From positions 234,794,001 to 234,858,000 of the forward strand of contig OZ024740.1 of assembly GCA_964016885.1 (NCBI GenBank): a stretch of 64,000 bases of DNA, in the 5' to 3' direction. The notes under the pieces are model-generated. The model saw nothing but the letters and a program-made list of their open reading frames with translations. It did not search any database and was not told the DNA's origin. The stretch comes from Eledone cirrhosa (lineage: Eukaryota). Positions 1 through 11,985 of the stretch are shown here, in pieces. Position numbers and translations under genes: made by a program. Position 1 is the stretch's first letter. Each line of letters starts with the position of its first letter.

Positions 1-170
1 TCTGAGTTCAAACCCCGCCGAGGTTAACTTTGCCTTTCATCCTTACGGGGTCGATAAATAAAGCACCAGTAATGCACTGGGGTAATTGCTGGCCAAGTGC
101 CAAAAGTAGAAATAGTTATTGCTCATGTGGAACTGAAAGTGTCAGATAAAAAGTGTTATCTCTCTCTCTC

Positions 171-276
<106 letters not shown>

Positions 277-407
277 TGCATCAGAGATGAGCTTGCATAT
301 TGAAGCATATCTGAGGATCTTTCGATTCCAGAATCAGGTTTGATCAATAATAGATCGTCCCTCGAGCTGATCGACAGTGTAACATATGTAATATGCTATT
401 AAATGTT

Positions 408-504
408 ATGATGTAACACTGATTCTTTGTTTCTTTATTCTAATATTAGTATTTATTCTAATTTAGTATTAGAATAAAGGAACAAAGAATCAGTGTTACA
501 TCAT
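408..504. repeat. Hairpin with 38-bp arms
   Basis: atgatgtaacactgattctttgtttctttattctaata vs tattagaataaaggaacaaagaatcagtgttacatcat (1 mismatch). Confidence 0.8.
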
Positions 505-770
505 CATCATCATCATCATCAACGTTTAACGTCCGTGTTCCACGCTTGCATGGGTTTGGACGGGGGTAGTCCCACTTGAGGCAAGAGTGATTGTCTTGCT
601 CGCATAGGACTGTCTGGCAGGTTTTCTACAGTTGGATGCCCTTCCTAACACCAACCACATTTACAGTGTGGGTCTGGGAGGTTTTTACCGTGTTGCCTAC
701 ACGGCCACATTACAGCGTGGACTGTGTGTTTTTTTGTCGTGACACCTACACGTTACATATATATATATAT

Positions 771-1160
771 CACCTTGACCGACCAGTCTGTTGGGCACCA
801 TTCGGCGCTGCTGGTCACAACACGTGCTGTTTTAGTCATACGATGACGCCATCCCACTGGCTGGGCGGGCAGGCCGTAAGTCTAAAGTCTGTCTTAAGCC
901 AGAAGCCTCATTTGGCCGGTGCTTATCCCGGTTTCATTGCATGAAGCGACTAAGAGTACAAGACTCCCTCCTGGACAGGACGCCAGTCCATCGCAGGGTT
1001 AAACATCCAGCTATTGCTGGTACTCGTTTTCAGGTGAGTAAACTGGAGCAACGTGAAATAAAGTGTCTTGCTCGAGGAAACAACACATCACCCGGTCCGA
1101 GAATTGAACTCACAACCTTTCGATTGTAAGCCTACTGCTCTAACCACTAAGCCATACGCC
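771..1160 (-). mobile_element. tRNA-derived SINE with V-domain-like body
   Basis: Same tRNA head as family 2, followed on the minus strand by ccctgcgatggactggcgtcctgtccaggag; inserted in (TA)n. Confidence 0.75.
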
Positions 1161-1372
1161 TTTATATATATACACACACACACACACACATATATATTTG
1201 CTTCCTATGAGAATTGTAGATTGATATGTATTTATTGCCGACTCCAGGTTGAATTTTCTTTCTAATTTGAAATTACACCTTTCATTATTCATCTATATGA
1301 AACATTATGTAAAGAATAAACAATGTTGTTAAGTGTGCTTTGATTCTCCTTCACAAGTTTCTGTTTATATAT

Positions 1373-1500
1373 ATAGGAAAAGAGTCAAGACCCCCAACGG
1401 CTGGAGCTCAGCCGTCGGGGTCTTGACTCTTTTCCTATTACCCACTCTACTACCCTAAGTATCATGTACTCTGGTTTATTATGGTCCACACCTTCTTTGT
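1373..1500. mobile_element. Short (TA)n-embedded fold-back element, family copy 1
   Basis: Hairpin taggaaaagagtcaagaccc...gggtcttgactcttttccta plus tail ttacccactctactaccctaagta...tatggtccac; related copy at 60669-60863. Confidence 0.7.
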
Positions 1501-1530
1501 TATATATATATATATATATATATACATACA

Positions 1531-1571
<41 letters not shown>

Positions 1572-1575
<4 letters not shown>

Positions 1576-3533
1576 TTTACGTATCGAGAAAGAGAAAAAA
1601 AGGGGGGATAGGTGATACATATAGTTATTTGCCAAGTAGCGTATGCCAAAGGTGCTCGATACTAGTGCCGGCAGTATTAAATATTCGAAGTGTTAATATT
1701 TAGTGGGCTAGAGAGTTAGCAGAGCGTAAGCACGTGGGAAAGTAAAAAATCGGAGAATAGACCGTTAAAACATGTTTATTTAAAATATCACGTACGTACG
1801 TTTCGCCCAGTTGGGCTTCTCAAGGGCATAAATAATCACAAGTGTTCCTTATATTGCTCGGAAAGAGTTTTTGGGGTTAAATCCACATCAAGGTTCATTG
1901 CTCGCAAAAATATCTTGTTTTGATTTTGCAGCAGGTCAAGGGAGGTAACTCTGGCCGGTGTTAGAGCAGTCTTTCCCGGACAATTTTTTTTTTTTTTTTT
2001 TTTTTTTTTTGCCGCATCCGTTTGTCTGAGGCTGGGTCTGGTATGCAAGGATTGTTTTCTGGGTGTTATTTTGCAGCACCTGCCCGCCGGGGTGTTAAGA
2101 CTTGTTGCAGGGAGATCCAGTGTACTATTTCACTCTTCATCCTTAACCCATCTGAAGAAGGATATTTTTAAGCGATGTGTACAACTTATCGCTGTTTCAG
2201 CTCTGCTGTTGATGAGCTCGTGGGGTGCAGTTATGATGTGGTAGAGCTCCATGAGGCAAAGATCGCATTTCCTCTTGAAGTTGTACGGTGCAGCCCTGCC
2301 GACAATCTCCCAGTGCATGGAGAAGCTGATGTTTAAGTCCTTTAGTGATGTGATGTAGTCCGCGAGCGAAGTGGAGTGCCTTAGTTTTCTATTTGTGAAA
2401 GAGTGGAGATGTGTTCGAGACCTAATTTTGAATGGGCCGGAGGTGGCCCCTATATAATGTTTAACGCTATTGTGGCTAGTAATAGTGCATCTATATATAA
2501 CCCTATCAGTCAAGCAGTATCCTCTAAGGGGGCAGCGTCCTCTGTCGCGGCAGTTGCAATTTCTGTCGCGGTTCCGTCTATTTCCCACGGTAAGGCTATC
2601 ATTGTTGCTGCCTACGTTGTTACTTACGCTACCGCAGCTGTCGTTAGCACCATTACAACCCACAGCACGCGGGATGGTGCGATTGTTATTCCGCACGTCA
2701 TGATCTGCATGTTCCCCAGTCATTTCGCGGTCATTCTGGTTGCGTCTGCGGATGCCGTTGCCAACACTATTGGATGCTGCCAGGGAGTTGTTAAGGCCGA
2801 TATAGTTATTGTCAGGTGTAGGTGCGTCTGTGTCTTGGTGATCTTACTGTGGTTCGTTGTTCCTATGATGTCTGCTAGGTTAGGAGTAGTAGAGAAGGAT
2901 ATTTTTATATTGTTCCTATTAAGAATTTTTCTATACCTATGGTTGGGCGGGAAGTTCTTCTCTAAGGCTTCGAAGAACATCCGGGGTATGTTGGAGGCCA
3001 CACTCCGAGAGTAGGGGGGGGTGGAACCATAGGACGTTACGGTGGCGGTTACGTGTCCTTGTACTTTTGCTACGGGTGGTTCCATCTAAGTGACCGCTCT
3101 TATGTGTGTTAATGCGCAGTCGCCCGTTTGGTGCCCCTTTCACTTTATGCTCGGGTGCACTCTTTCTACCTCTTCCATATTTATGTACACGAAGATGTTG
3201 GTTGGAAGGCGTTGGTAGTAGGCCGTCGCCTTTGTTGGTTTTGTAATAGGGGAATAGTTTGAGTAATCTACAGTGTTCACCGTCGCCGGGGACGTGATCT
3301 TTGGTGCGGTTATCTATTCTATTATATCCGACTTCAACGAGGTCGCCGCGTGATCGGTTATAGGTATGGCTTACTATAACGTTAGTTTTATGAGGGGGGT
3401 GGTTTCTAGAGCTAGCGTTAGGGATGTAGTAAATTCCTCGGTTAAAGCCAGCGCTTATCAGGGCCCTAGTGTAGTAATCAGCCGCTTGGTTGAAGATATC
3501 CTCATTGGCGGATAGCCTCGAGATTCTATGTGA
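1572..3533 (-). mobile_element. 5'-truncated Penelope-like retroelement (RT thumb, linker, C-terminal GIY-YIG endonuclease), frameshifted
   Basis: Minus-strand translation: RISRLSANEDIFNQAADYYTRALISAGF ... RNVLWFHPP/YSRSVASNIPRMFFEALEKNFPPNHRYRKILNRNNIKISFS ... CNCRDRGRCPLRGYCLTDRVIYRCTI...HYIGATSGPFKIRSRTH...CDLCLME; flanked on both sides by (TA)n. Confidence 0.88.
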
Positions 3534-3584
3534 GATATATATATATATAATATAAGATCAAAAGATGGTTAAAAGAGTTCCAAG

Positions 3585-3655
3585 TATTTTATTATGCGCA
3601 TTTCAAAAACAAATATCATCATAAGATGATATCTGCGTTTTCATCAGATAAAATA
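3585..3655 (-). ncRNA. Type I hammerhead ribozyme motif (PLE pLTR-type)
   Basis: Minus strand: TATTTTAT-CTGATGA-[16-bp stem II, TTAT loop]-GAAA-TGCGCA-T-A-ATAAAATA; perfect 8-bp stem I, palindromic stem III, AUA cleavage triplet. Confidence 0.8.
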
Positions 3656-3873
3656 GAGATACATGATATGAAGCTTAAAAAACACTTGTGAATAGTTAAG
3701 TTTTAAAAACCATCTTTTGATCTTATATTATTTATACTCCAGTCCTACAAACTGTAGAGTGCTACTTATCCGATATTTGCATTGCGTTATTGTGCTACAA
3801 TAAAACTCACCTCCTACACATATATATATATATATGAATTATAAGAATCAAAGAACTGTTCAAAACATTTTTA

Positions 3874-3920
3874 TGCTTACAACTGTTTCCTCCAAACCGA
3901 GATTTGGATTCTTCGGAGCA
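3874..3920 (-). ncRNA. Hammerhead-like motif (variant core)
   Basis: Minus: TGCT-CCGAAGA-A-TCCAAA..TTTGGA-G-GAAA-C-AGTT-G-TA-AGCA; stems I, II and III present, core has U4->C. Confidence 0.55.
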
Positions 3921-4382
3921 ATTTATTATTGAATGAACACTTATATGACCTCCTTTTCAACCCAAGAGATATACAGATACATATGCAAATATTGTGGGTC
4001 AACATCGATTACAGCATTTAGTGTGGCAGTACACATTTAGAGATTACATTCATATTAAAAGATAAAATCAAAAATACAGGTTAAAATACAACATGAAATT
4101 AATGTGATACGATAGTCATAAGCGGTTATTGAGTGCAATAGTTATACGTGTGGCAAGCACGTGCGTCTTGTTTATATAGTGTGGCAGAGAGTTACATGTA
4201 ATAGAAGCACTTAAACAGGTGATCAAGACTCTGTAAATCATCTGATGTTATTACATTGAGCTATTTAACTTACTGGTAATAAGGTAGTAATATATTACTG
4301 CCTATCACTATTTAGGGTTTGTAAAAATATATATAACTACAAAAGGTTTTTGTATTTGCATAACCATAAATAGTATACTTAA

Positions 4383-4443
<61 letters not shown>

Positions 4444-4632
4444 CATGTGTATGTGTATATGTATATATATCAATATCATCGTCGTTTTTTTCCATACTAT
4501 CATATCTTCATATGTATTCAATTGTATTTCTCTATATTTGTATGTATAAATATATGTATGTAGAAAGGCTTATATATGTATATACAGTATATATTCTTCT
4601 TGCCAATATTATTCTCATTATCCTTGTTCTAG

Positions 4633-4749
4633 TACATGTTTGGTGCTCTGAGAGACTGTGTCGTCCCTATGGATCATGTGCGCCACCTTGAAACTTCTCA
4701 CCAACTGAAGGACATCTTTGATAAAGAAATCCGGGATCATTTGAAGGAT
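4633..4749 (+). CDS. WASHC4: WASH complex subunit 4 (SWIP), internal coding exon A (first exon in window; upstream exons lie outside)
   Basis: ttctAG acceptor, GTactt donor; encodes YMFGALRDCVVPMDHVRHLETSHQLKDIFDKEIRDHLKD, similar to human [21 protein letters not shown]...; phase 0-0. Confidence 0.92.
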
Positions 4750-4980
4750 GTACTTGCAGCTTTTCTTCTATTTTGTTATTGTCATTGCATGTATGCCTCT
4801 GATATGTGGACTGTGTAGTGTATATATATGTGACACTGTAGACATACCATGCATTATCCTCTCTTAACCACACAAAGACACACACACACACGTACACATT
4901 GACACATTCACCCACACTCCATCCCACACTGCCTCCGGATTTGACCCAATCTCTTCTCACCCCATCCGACCCTTTCTATC

Positions 4981-5012
<32 letters not shown>

Positions 5013-5410
5013 TACACTCCACTCCAACATACACAATGGTTTTTCAAAACCCACACTCACATACACTCGCTTTCTCGCAGACACTTACATCCACGCATAC
5101 ACACACACACTTACATCTTCACACACACACACACACCTTACCTTCTGCCATCCCCTCTCAGACTCATATTTTCCTCCCCTCCTTTCACTCACTTACGCAC
5201 CACTACACCCTTGCCTTCCCACGCCGCTCTCACTTTTTAAAATCCTGTTTGTTATTTTTTTATTCAGTGTTTTCTTTATATATTCTGTTTAATTCTGTTT
5301 CTATTTATTTTGACTTCATGTTTTATATTTATTTTTATTTCTATTTTTCCCGTCCTTTCATGTTTTCCCTCTAACTCCCCCCTCACTCCCTCTCGTAGTT
5401 CCTGGCCCCA

Positions 5411-5448
5411 CTCTCCTGATGAAGGACTTATGTCTGAAACGTCATAAA
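5411..5448 (+). ncRNA. Degenerate minimal hammerhead motif
   Basis: CTGATGA-A-GGAC-TTAT-GTCT-GAAAC-GTC; stem I (ctctc vs ataaa) no longer pairs. Confidence 0.45.
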
Positions 5449-5625
5449 CAACACACCCACGCCACTCTCACCAAGCATGAAGCTAATAACACTATGTACC
5501 ATTGACTCCAGCATTTGTTTGTTTGTCATTTCAAACTATATATATACACACACACATATATATAGTTATAAACAGATAGATTCGGTGGTTCAATAGATTT
5601 GTGGTTTACTGAGGAAGAGTGTATA

Positions 5626-5888
5626 CATTAAGAACAAAATAATGTTTTAATAACATTAAGGTCTTTATTGATTATACACAGTTATGACTGTTTCACAGAT
5701 GGGTGGCTCAGGATCCATGTTAATGGATGAGATTTTGGTTTTGCCTGATTAACAAGCCTGATGAGCAGATTGGGCTCAAGTCGGATCTATAGCATTAACA
5801 TGGATCTGGAGCCACCCATCTGTGAAACAGTCGTAACTGTGCATAATCAATAAAGACCTTAATGTGAAACCTCATTTTGTTCTTAATA
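5626..5888. mobile_element. Fold-back element with ~95-bp inverted arms and an internal hammerhead-like core (5758-5835, + strand)
   Basis: 5626-5724 is the reverse complement of 5793-5888 with few differences; CTGATGA-GCAGAT...ATCTGT-GAAAC-AGTC-GTA; ends in (TA)n. Confidence 0.65.
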
Positions 5889-7044
5889 TATATATATGTA
5901 TGTGTGTGTGTGTGTGTGTGTGTGTAGACTGGAATGTTTTATCTGCATATGTTCATATGTATTGTATGTAAGTATGAAGGCCTAATGGTTAGGGTGTTCA
6001 GCTCGTGATTATATGGTTGAGTTTGATTCTTGATGGCAAATTTTATCCTTGAGCCAGACATTACTTCATGTTGCTCCAGTTCACTCATCATCATCATCAT
6101 CATTATTTAACATCTGCTTCTCCTGCTAGCAAGGGTTGGATGGGTCTACATAGACCAGTGTCAGTATTGAAGTGGGGCTACTGACATGCCAGACAGGCCA
6201 AGCAGTTTGTGTCCTGCTTACATACGGTCATATTGAGTGCAGAGGAGAAGTTGTCATGTCTTATGACACAAACTGAAGGGTCCTCCTAATCCCTCATTTG
6301 GCAAGTTTTCTACAGCTGGATGCCCTTCCTAACACCAGCCACTTTACAGCATGTACTGGGTGCTTTTATTGTGTAGATCACCAGCACTAGGGAGGGTGTC
6401 ATGTCCTTGACATAACTAAAGGATCCTCCTCTAAAATGAGTTGTACTTGTAATTGAAAGGCCCTGTCATGTCCTATACTGTGTCAAACTGAGAATTAATT
6501 ACATTAAGGGTATGCATATCTATGGAATGCTTAGCCACTTTCACTTTAATTTCACAGTCATTAATCAAATGACTGGAACACATATCATTGAAATCAGCAG
6601 AAATTCAACATATACAGACATTTTTATACCTTTTCATCATCATCACCATTCCCATCATTTAGATCTGCTTTCTCTTCTGGCATGAGCCGGATGGGTTGTC
6701 ACAGTCCAAGACTAGAAAGGTCAGAGAAACCTCATATTACTCATATGTTCCATTTTCAGCGTGGTTTTTATGGCAGGATACCTTTCCTAATGCCAACCAT
6801 CTTACCAAATGTACTGGGTGTATTTATGAAGGCACCAATGCTAACACCTTACAAAGTATATTAGGTACATTTTATCATGACCCCAGAACTAGAGAGGTCA
6901 TTAAGCTGAAGAATTCTCTTGACCCTATATTGTCTCTGATCAATTGCCAACTATTTTACAGAGTGTACCAGGTGCACTTCAGCATGACACCAACAATTGA
7001 GAGGTTGTTAGGTACCCACAGAGCCAGGGGATCATTTCCACTCT

Positions 7045-7622
7045 ATAGCTGTATAACAAAGTGCAGGGCAATAAAGATAGACGGTAGCCACGGAATAGGC
7101 AGACCTAGAAAAACCTGGGACGAGCTGATAAACTCCGACCTCACACACTTACACCTCTCCAAGACAATGTCACTGGACCGAGACCTTTGGCGGTACTCAG
7201 TAATAGAGAAGACCCGCCTTACCTAAATACATAGTAAAACCTACTACAGCCAGTAGGCATCTCTAACAAAATACACCCCGTCCCACCACCCCCACCCCAT
7301 CCACACCACCCCCTCCTATGTAAAGTTATGTTGGTGCCACACCATCCAGGCCGAAACAAATGAGATCGTGTAGGTGTCACGACAAAAAAACACACAGTCC
7401 ACGCTGTAATGTGGCCGTGTAAGCAACACGGTAAAAACCTCCCAGACCCACACTGTAAATGTGGTTGGTGTTAGGAAGGGCATCCAACTGTAGAAAACCT
7501 GCCAGACAGTCCTATGCGAGCAAGACAATCACTCTTGCCTCAAGTGGGACTACCCCCGTCCAAACCCATGCAAGCGTGGAACACGGACGTTAAACGTTGA
7601 TGATGATGATGATGATGATGAT
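7045..7622 (+). mobile_element. Composite RTE-3'-end/SINE-core element; related copies at 49720-50295(+), 15770-16165(-), 500-752(-), 60360-60630(+)
   Basis: RTE-like C-terminus (KCRAIKIDG..GRPRKTWDELINSDL...DRDLWR) then unique segment, aggaagggcatccaactgtagaaaacc core and (GAT)n tail. Confidence 0.75.
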
Positions 7623-7784
7623 TGTCTCTGTTCACCCTCCATTTTACTGGATGGATGGCTCTAGAATGCATTCTATTGTGTCACTGTCACACAGGCAACT
7701 AATTCGTTCACTACATACTAAAGGAACTTATCCTCTTCATGTAATCTCCAGTCTCTCACTACATTTAATTTTAGCGTTTCAGTG

Positions 7785-9130
7785 TTGATGGTGGTGTTGG
7801 TATTGGTGCTAGTGGTGGTATTGGCAGTGGTGTTGGTGTTGATGTTGGTATTGGTGTTGTTATTGGTGATGGTAGTGGTGCTGGTGTTGATGTTGGTGTT
7901 GGTGGTGATTGTGTTGGAGTTGATATTGGTTTGTTGTTGGTGGTGGGGGTGTTGATACTGGTGGTGGTGTTGGTGCTGGTATGAGTGCTGGTGGTGGTGT
8001 TAGTATTGGTGGTGGTGTTGGTGCTGGTGAGGAGGTCTTTTGAATTATAGTGTCACAGTGCTTGTGCTTATCAATAATACTGTCATCACTTTAATCAATA
8101 CCAATATTGCTATAATGATCACTATTTCCCCCACCACAACCATTATCACTACCAACATTATCACCGACACTATTATCACTGCTACTATTATCACCACCAC
8201 CACCACCATTATCACCACTGCCATTATCACTATTACCACTATCACTGCCACTACTTCCACCACCATTACAACTCCCACCATTACTGCTACCACAACTATT
8301 ACAACCAACATTACCTGAGTCAACATGAGAGCCAACCTGCTAGAAATAACAACTAAATCTCCCTCAAATCATACCCTACCTTTTTAGAAAGGTGATATGC
8401 TGCCTACACATGAGAAAAAGATTGGAGGGTTATGACTAGATTGTCTTTAATCATAGTTTTGGCATGAGGCTAGACAGTAACTAACAACCATCATTACCAT
8501 TTTCATTTACATTGCCATATGCTACTACCATAGGTGGCAAAATGGCAGAGTTGTTAGAACGTCAGGTAGAATGCTTTATGGTACTCATTCCTGCTCTCTG
8601 CTCTCTCAGTTCAAATTCCACCCAGGTCAACCTTGCCTTTCAGCCTTTCAAGGTCGATAAAAAAAAGTACCAGTCTAGTACTGGGGTCAATTCTTCCTCT
8701 ATATCTCTCTCTCATTTCCTCTCTCTCTCTCACTTTCTATCTCTGGAAGAAATCTGCTGTACTCAGGCCTGGAAAGGGATATGCTCCGTCAGGCTTAAAA
8801 TGCCAAAAAATAGCTGAATGTCAATACAGCGCCCCCTACGACTCTATCAGGAGTTACGGGACCATACATACATACTACGACCACAACCTCCACCACCACC
8901 ACCACCACTATGACTGCTATTATCACCATTAGCAGAACTATCACCATCAGCATCATGATCATCCTCATCACCACCACCACCACCACCACCATCACCACCA
9001 CCTACACCACAGTTGCTATTATCACCATTACCAACACTGCTATCATCATCATTACCAGCACTACCATCATGATCCTCACCACCTCTGCTATCATCCTCAA
9101 TGCCACCACCACCACCACCACCACCACTAT
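7785..9130. repeat. Degenerate trinucleotide low-complexity tracts: (GGT)n-like 7785-8030; (ACC/ATC)n-like 8080-8315 and 8870-9130
   Basis: Directly visible triplet repeats. Confidence 0.9.
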
Positions 9131-9182
9131 TTATCACCACTCTCGTTGCCACTATATTATGTCTCCTATTCTCTCCTCTCAG

Positions 9183-9351
9183 CATCTGATGGAACCACTG
9201 TGCCTTGCCATAGAAACTGACCTGAGATTGCACATCCACTCCCACCTTCAATTAGATGACCGTAACCCATACAAGGTTGGCCTGAAGGACCTCTCCAACT
9301 TCCTACGTCTCAGACCAATACGATTCTTTGATCAGTTCCTCAATATCAAAA
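9183..9351 (+). CDS. WASHC4: WASHC4 exon B
   Basis: ctctcAG / GTaaga; HLMEPLCLAIETDLRLHIHSHLQLDDRNPYKVGLKDLSNFLRLRPIRFFDQFLNIK; phase 0-1. Confidence 0.96.
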
Positions 9352-10488
9352 GTAAGATTCTTTACCATTTTTCATGTTAGTACTGTGGCTGTGATATTAT
9401 GGTGGTATTGGTGATGACTTTTTACAGTTTTGCAAGCTTTTAATCCTGTTATAATTGTTGAACTATTTAATATCATCATCATCATCATCACACATCTATT
9501 TTTCTACAGTTGCATGTGTTGAACAGATGTGTAGTTGTTTAACACTTTCAATACTAAACTGCCTGGAACTGCCTTTGGCTTCATGACAAAAAACTGTCTA
9601 TTTTAAAGTGCTTATATTTATGTAAAAACCTTCCATCATTATTTTGTAGAAAGTACCAGTAATGCACTGGGTAATTGCTGGCCTTGTGCCTAAAGTAGAA
9701 ACAATTATTTTGTATAAGAACCTATTGTTAAGTTCCCAACAACAGCTTAATAATGAGAATGTTAGTTATGTTACTAAATCCTTTCAAATTCTTGATAATT
9801 TTTTTTTAAATGATTTGAAAATTATAGGCAGTGTCTTTCATTAGAAATATGGTAGTGAAAGGGCTAAAAGATAATAATTTTCTGAACTACTTTACCTTAA
9901 TTTTAGAGTGTTTTATTCTTAGATGAGTAGTCAAGACCCTAACTGGAATTGAGCCTTTATTTATGTTTGTGCAAATGGGTCAGTGATAAAAACTTCAGTA
10001 CCCTTCATTTAGAAATAAAATTTCCTACTTTGAACCCTGTCTTGTACAATATGTGCATCCAGGAATGACACACCTGATGACAATCAGCAATTAAAATATA
10101 GTACAGATGTAAATATTCTAAGTATATGCTATCAAGGTAGAGTTAATAGTTTGTAATATTACCATTATAATATTTGCTGCAAGCAGTAAAGTTCATTACT
10201 CTCCTTAACACTGTCTGCTTGGCTGTCAAAATCTTTCACTTCCATATCCCAAAGTAGTTGGCAGTAGAAAGTATACTGAGGATCACAACTTCTTATTGCT
10301 ATTCAGTTGGAATGGCTATTTCAATACATCTCCCTCACTATCCTCCAGGAGTAACACTTTCTCTATTTTGTCTGCTGGAACAATGAGGTGGAATGTGCCT
10401 AGGTTTCTGCACATCAGAGAGCATGTCAAATCCATCCAGGCATATATCATTGTGCTAGTGATGGTGGTGGTCTGTGTACTGATATATG

Positions 10489-10690
10489 TAGGAGGGTCGG
10501 CTGAAAAGTTCATAAGCTGACCACGATACTCTCATGGAATGACCAAATGAGGTTTATTTTTCAACATAGTCCCTGGATAGAAACAAGGCATTTATTAATA
10601 AGAAGAGTTGAAATTAATGCGTGCAAGATTTCACAGCCCTAGCACCACTCCTTCATAGTCAGCCTATGAACTGTTCAGCCAACGATTGTA
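10489..10690. mobile_element. Mariner-like MITE (partial copy at ~16259-16340)
   Basis: Imperfect TIRs gagggtcggctgaaaagttcataagctgac / gtcagcctatgaactgttcagccaac; TA flanks. Confidence 0.7.
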
Positions 10691-11137
10691 TCTGTCAAAA
10701 TTACCTGAACTAATGTCTTGCCATTTTGTCATTGATTACTGTTGCAATATGTTAGTTTTTTTTTTAGTTATTTGTTCGTATATTAAACGCCATCTTATTC
10801 ATCAGTTTTTATGTCGACTTTTCCATGCTGGCATTGTGTGAATGGGACTTTTTAAGGCAATGTGTTACACTTCTTACAACACACAGGGATACAGTGTACC
10901 TATTTTAAATTAGATATGGAGGCACATGGCTTAGTGGTTAGAGCATTGGCTTTGCAATTGAAAGGTAATGAGTTCAATTCTCGGACCGAGTGAGGTGGTG
11001 TTTCCTTGAGCAAGGCACTTTATTTCACTTTGCCACAGTTTACTCAGCTGTAGAAAGGAGATGATAGGACTGGGGTCCCTAGCATTAAGTTATCCAAGAT
11101 ACCTGCAACGAGATATACCTTGGGAGAAGGAGTAAAT

Positions 11138-11476
11138 GGAGGCACATGGCTTAGTGGTTAGAGCATTGGCCTTGCAATCGAAAGGTTGTCAGTTCAATTC
11201 TCAGACCAGGTGATGTGTTGTTTCCTTGAGCAAGACACTTTATTTCACATTGCTCCAGTTTACTCAGCTGTAGAAATGAGATGATAGAGACTGGGGTCCC
11301 TATCATTCCACTGCAAAGTGGTCGTGGAGGTGCCACGGTAAAAAAGCACCCAGTACTCACTGTAAATGAGGTTGGTGTTAGGAAGGGCATCCAGCTGTAG
11401 AAATCAAGCCAGAATCAGTTCCCGTCCCACCCTTGCAAGCAGGGAAAAGTGGACGTAAAATGATGATGATGATGAT
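11138..11476 (+). mobile_element. tRNA-derived SINE family 2 with RTE-derived 3' tail; near-identical copy at ~49000-49332(+), related copy at ~60886-61238(-)
   Basis: A-box TGGCTTAGTGG, B-box-like AGTTCAATTC, ccttgagcaagacactt core, aggaagggcatccag core, tail cccacccttgcaagcagggaaaagtggacgtaaaa(tga)n. Confidence 0.88.
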
Positions 11477-11830
11477 ATACACGGAACATCATTATAAAAT
11501 AAAAGTAAAAATACATTGTATATTGAATAGTGTAAATGAACTCGCATTATTTTAATCATGTCTCATGGCGGTGGATTGGCAGTATCGGTAGAGGATCTGA
11601 CGCCATGCTTTGCAGCATAGAGTTACGTCCCTTTACGGTCTGACTTAAAATCCCGCTGAGGTTAACTTCGCCTTTCATCCTTACGGGGATGATGAAATAA
11701 AGTACCAGTAATGCACTGGGATAATTGCTGGCCTTGTGCCAAAAGTAGAAACAATTATTTTAATCACGTCTCTGATATTTTTGTACTCTCTTTCTTTTCT
11801 CACTATCTCTCCTCATTCCTCATTCATTAG

Positions 11831-11985
11831 CCTACGTGGAACATTACTTGGACAAAACTTTTTACAACCTGACCACTGTCACACTCCATGACTGGAAAAC
11901 TTATAGCGAGATGAAGAACATGGCTGAGGAGAAGTATGGTGTGTCGTTAATTGAGTCTCACTTACCCAGTCAGACTTTGGAGCAG
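11831..11985 (+). CDS. WASHC4: WASHC4 exon C
   Basis: cattAG / GTaaga; (T)[51 protein letters not shown]; phase 1-0. Confidence 0.97.

Noticed and set aside
2403-3014. 203-aa hydrophobic plus-strand ORF
   Set aside because: Antisense shadow of the Penelope-like ORF
8040-9182. Mucin-like Thr-rich or Val-rich ORFs
   Set aside because: Trinucleotide low-complexity intron sequence; WASHC4 homology begins only at the AG at 9181-9182
11138-11215. Possible tRNA genes (A/B boxes here and at 56836 etc.)
   Set aside because: Heads of multi-copy SINEs followed by SINE bodies and tails; no convincing complete cloverleaf
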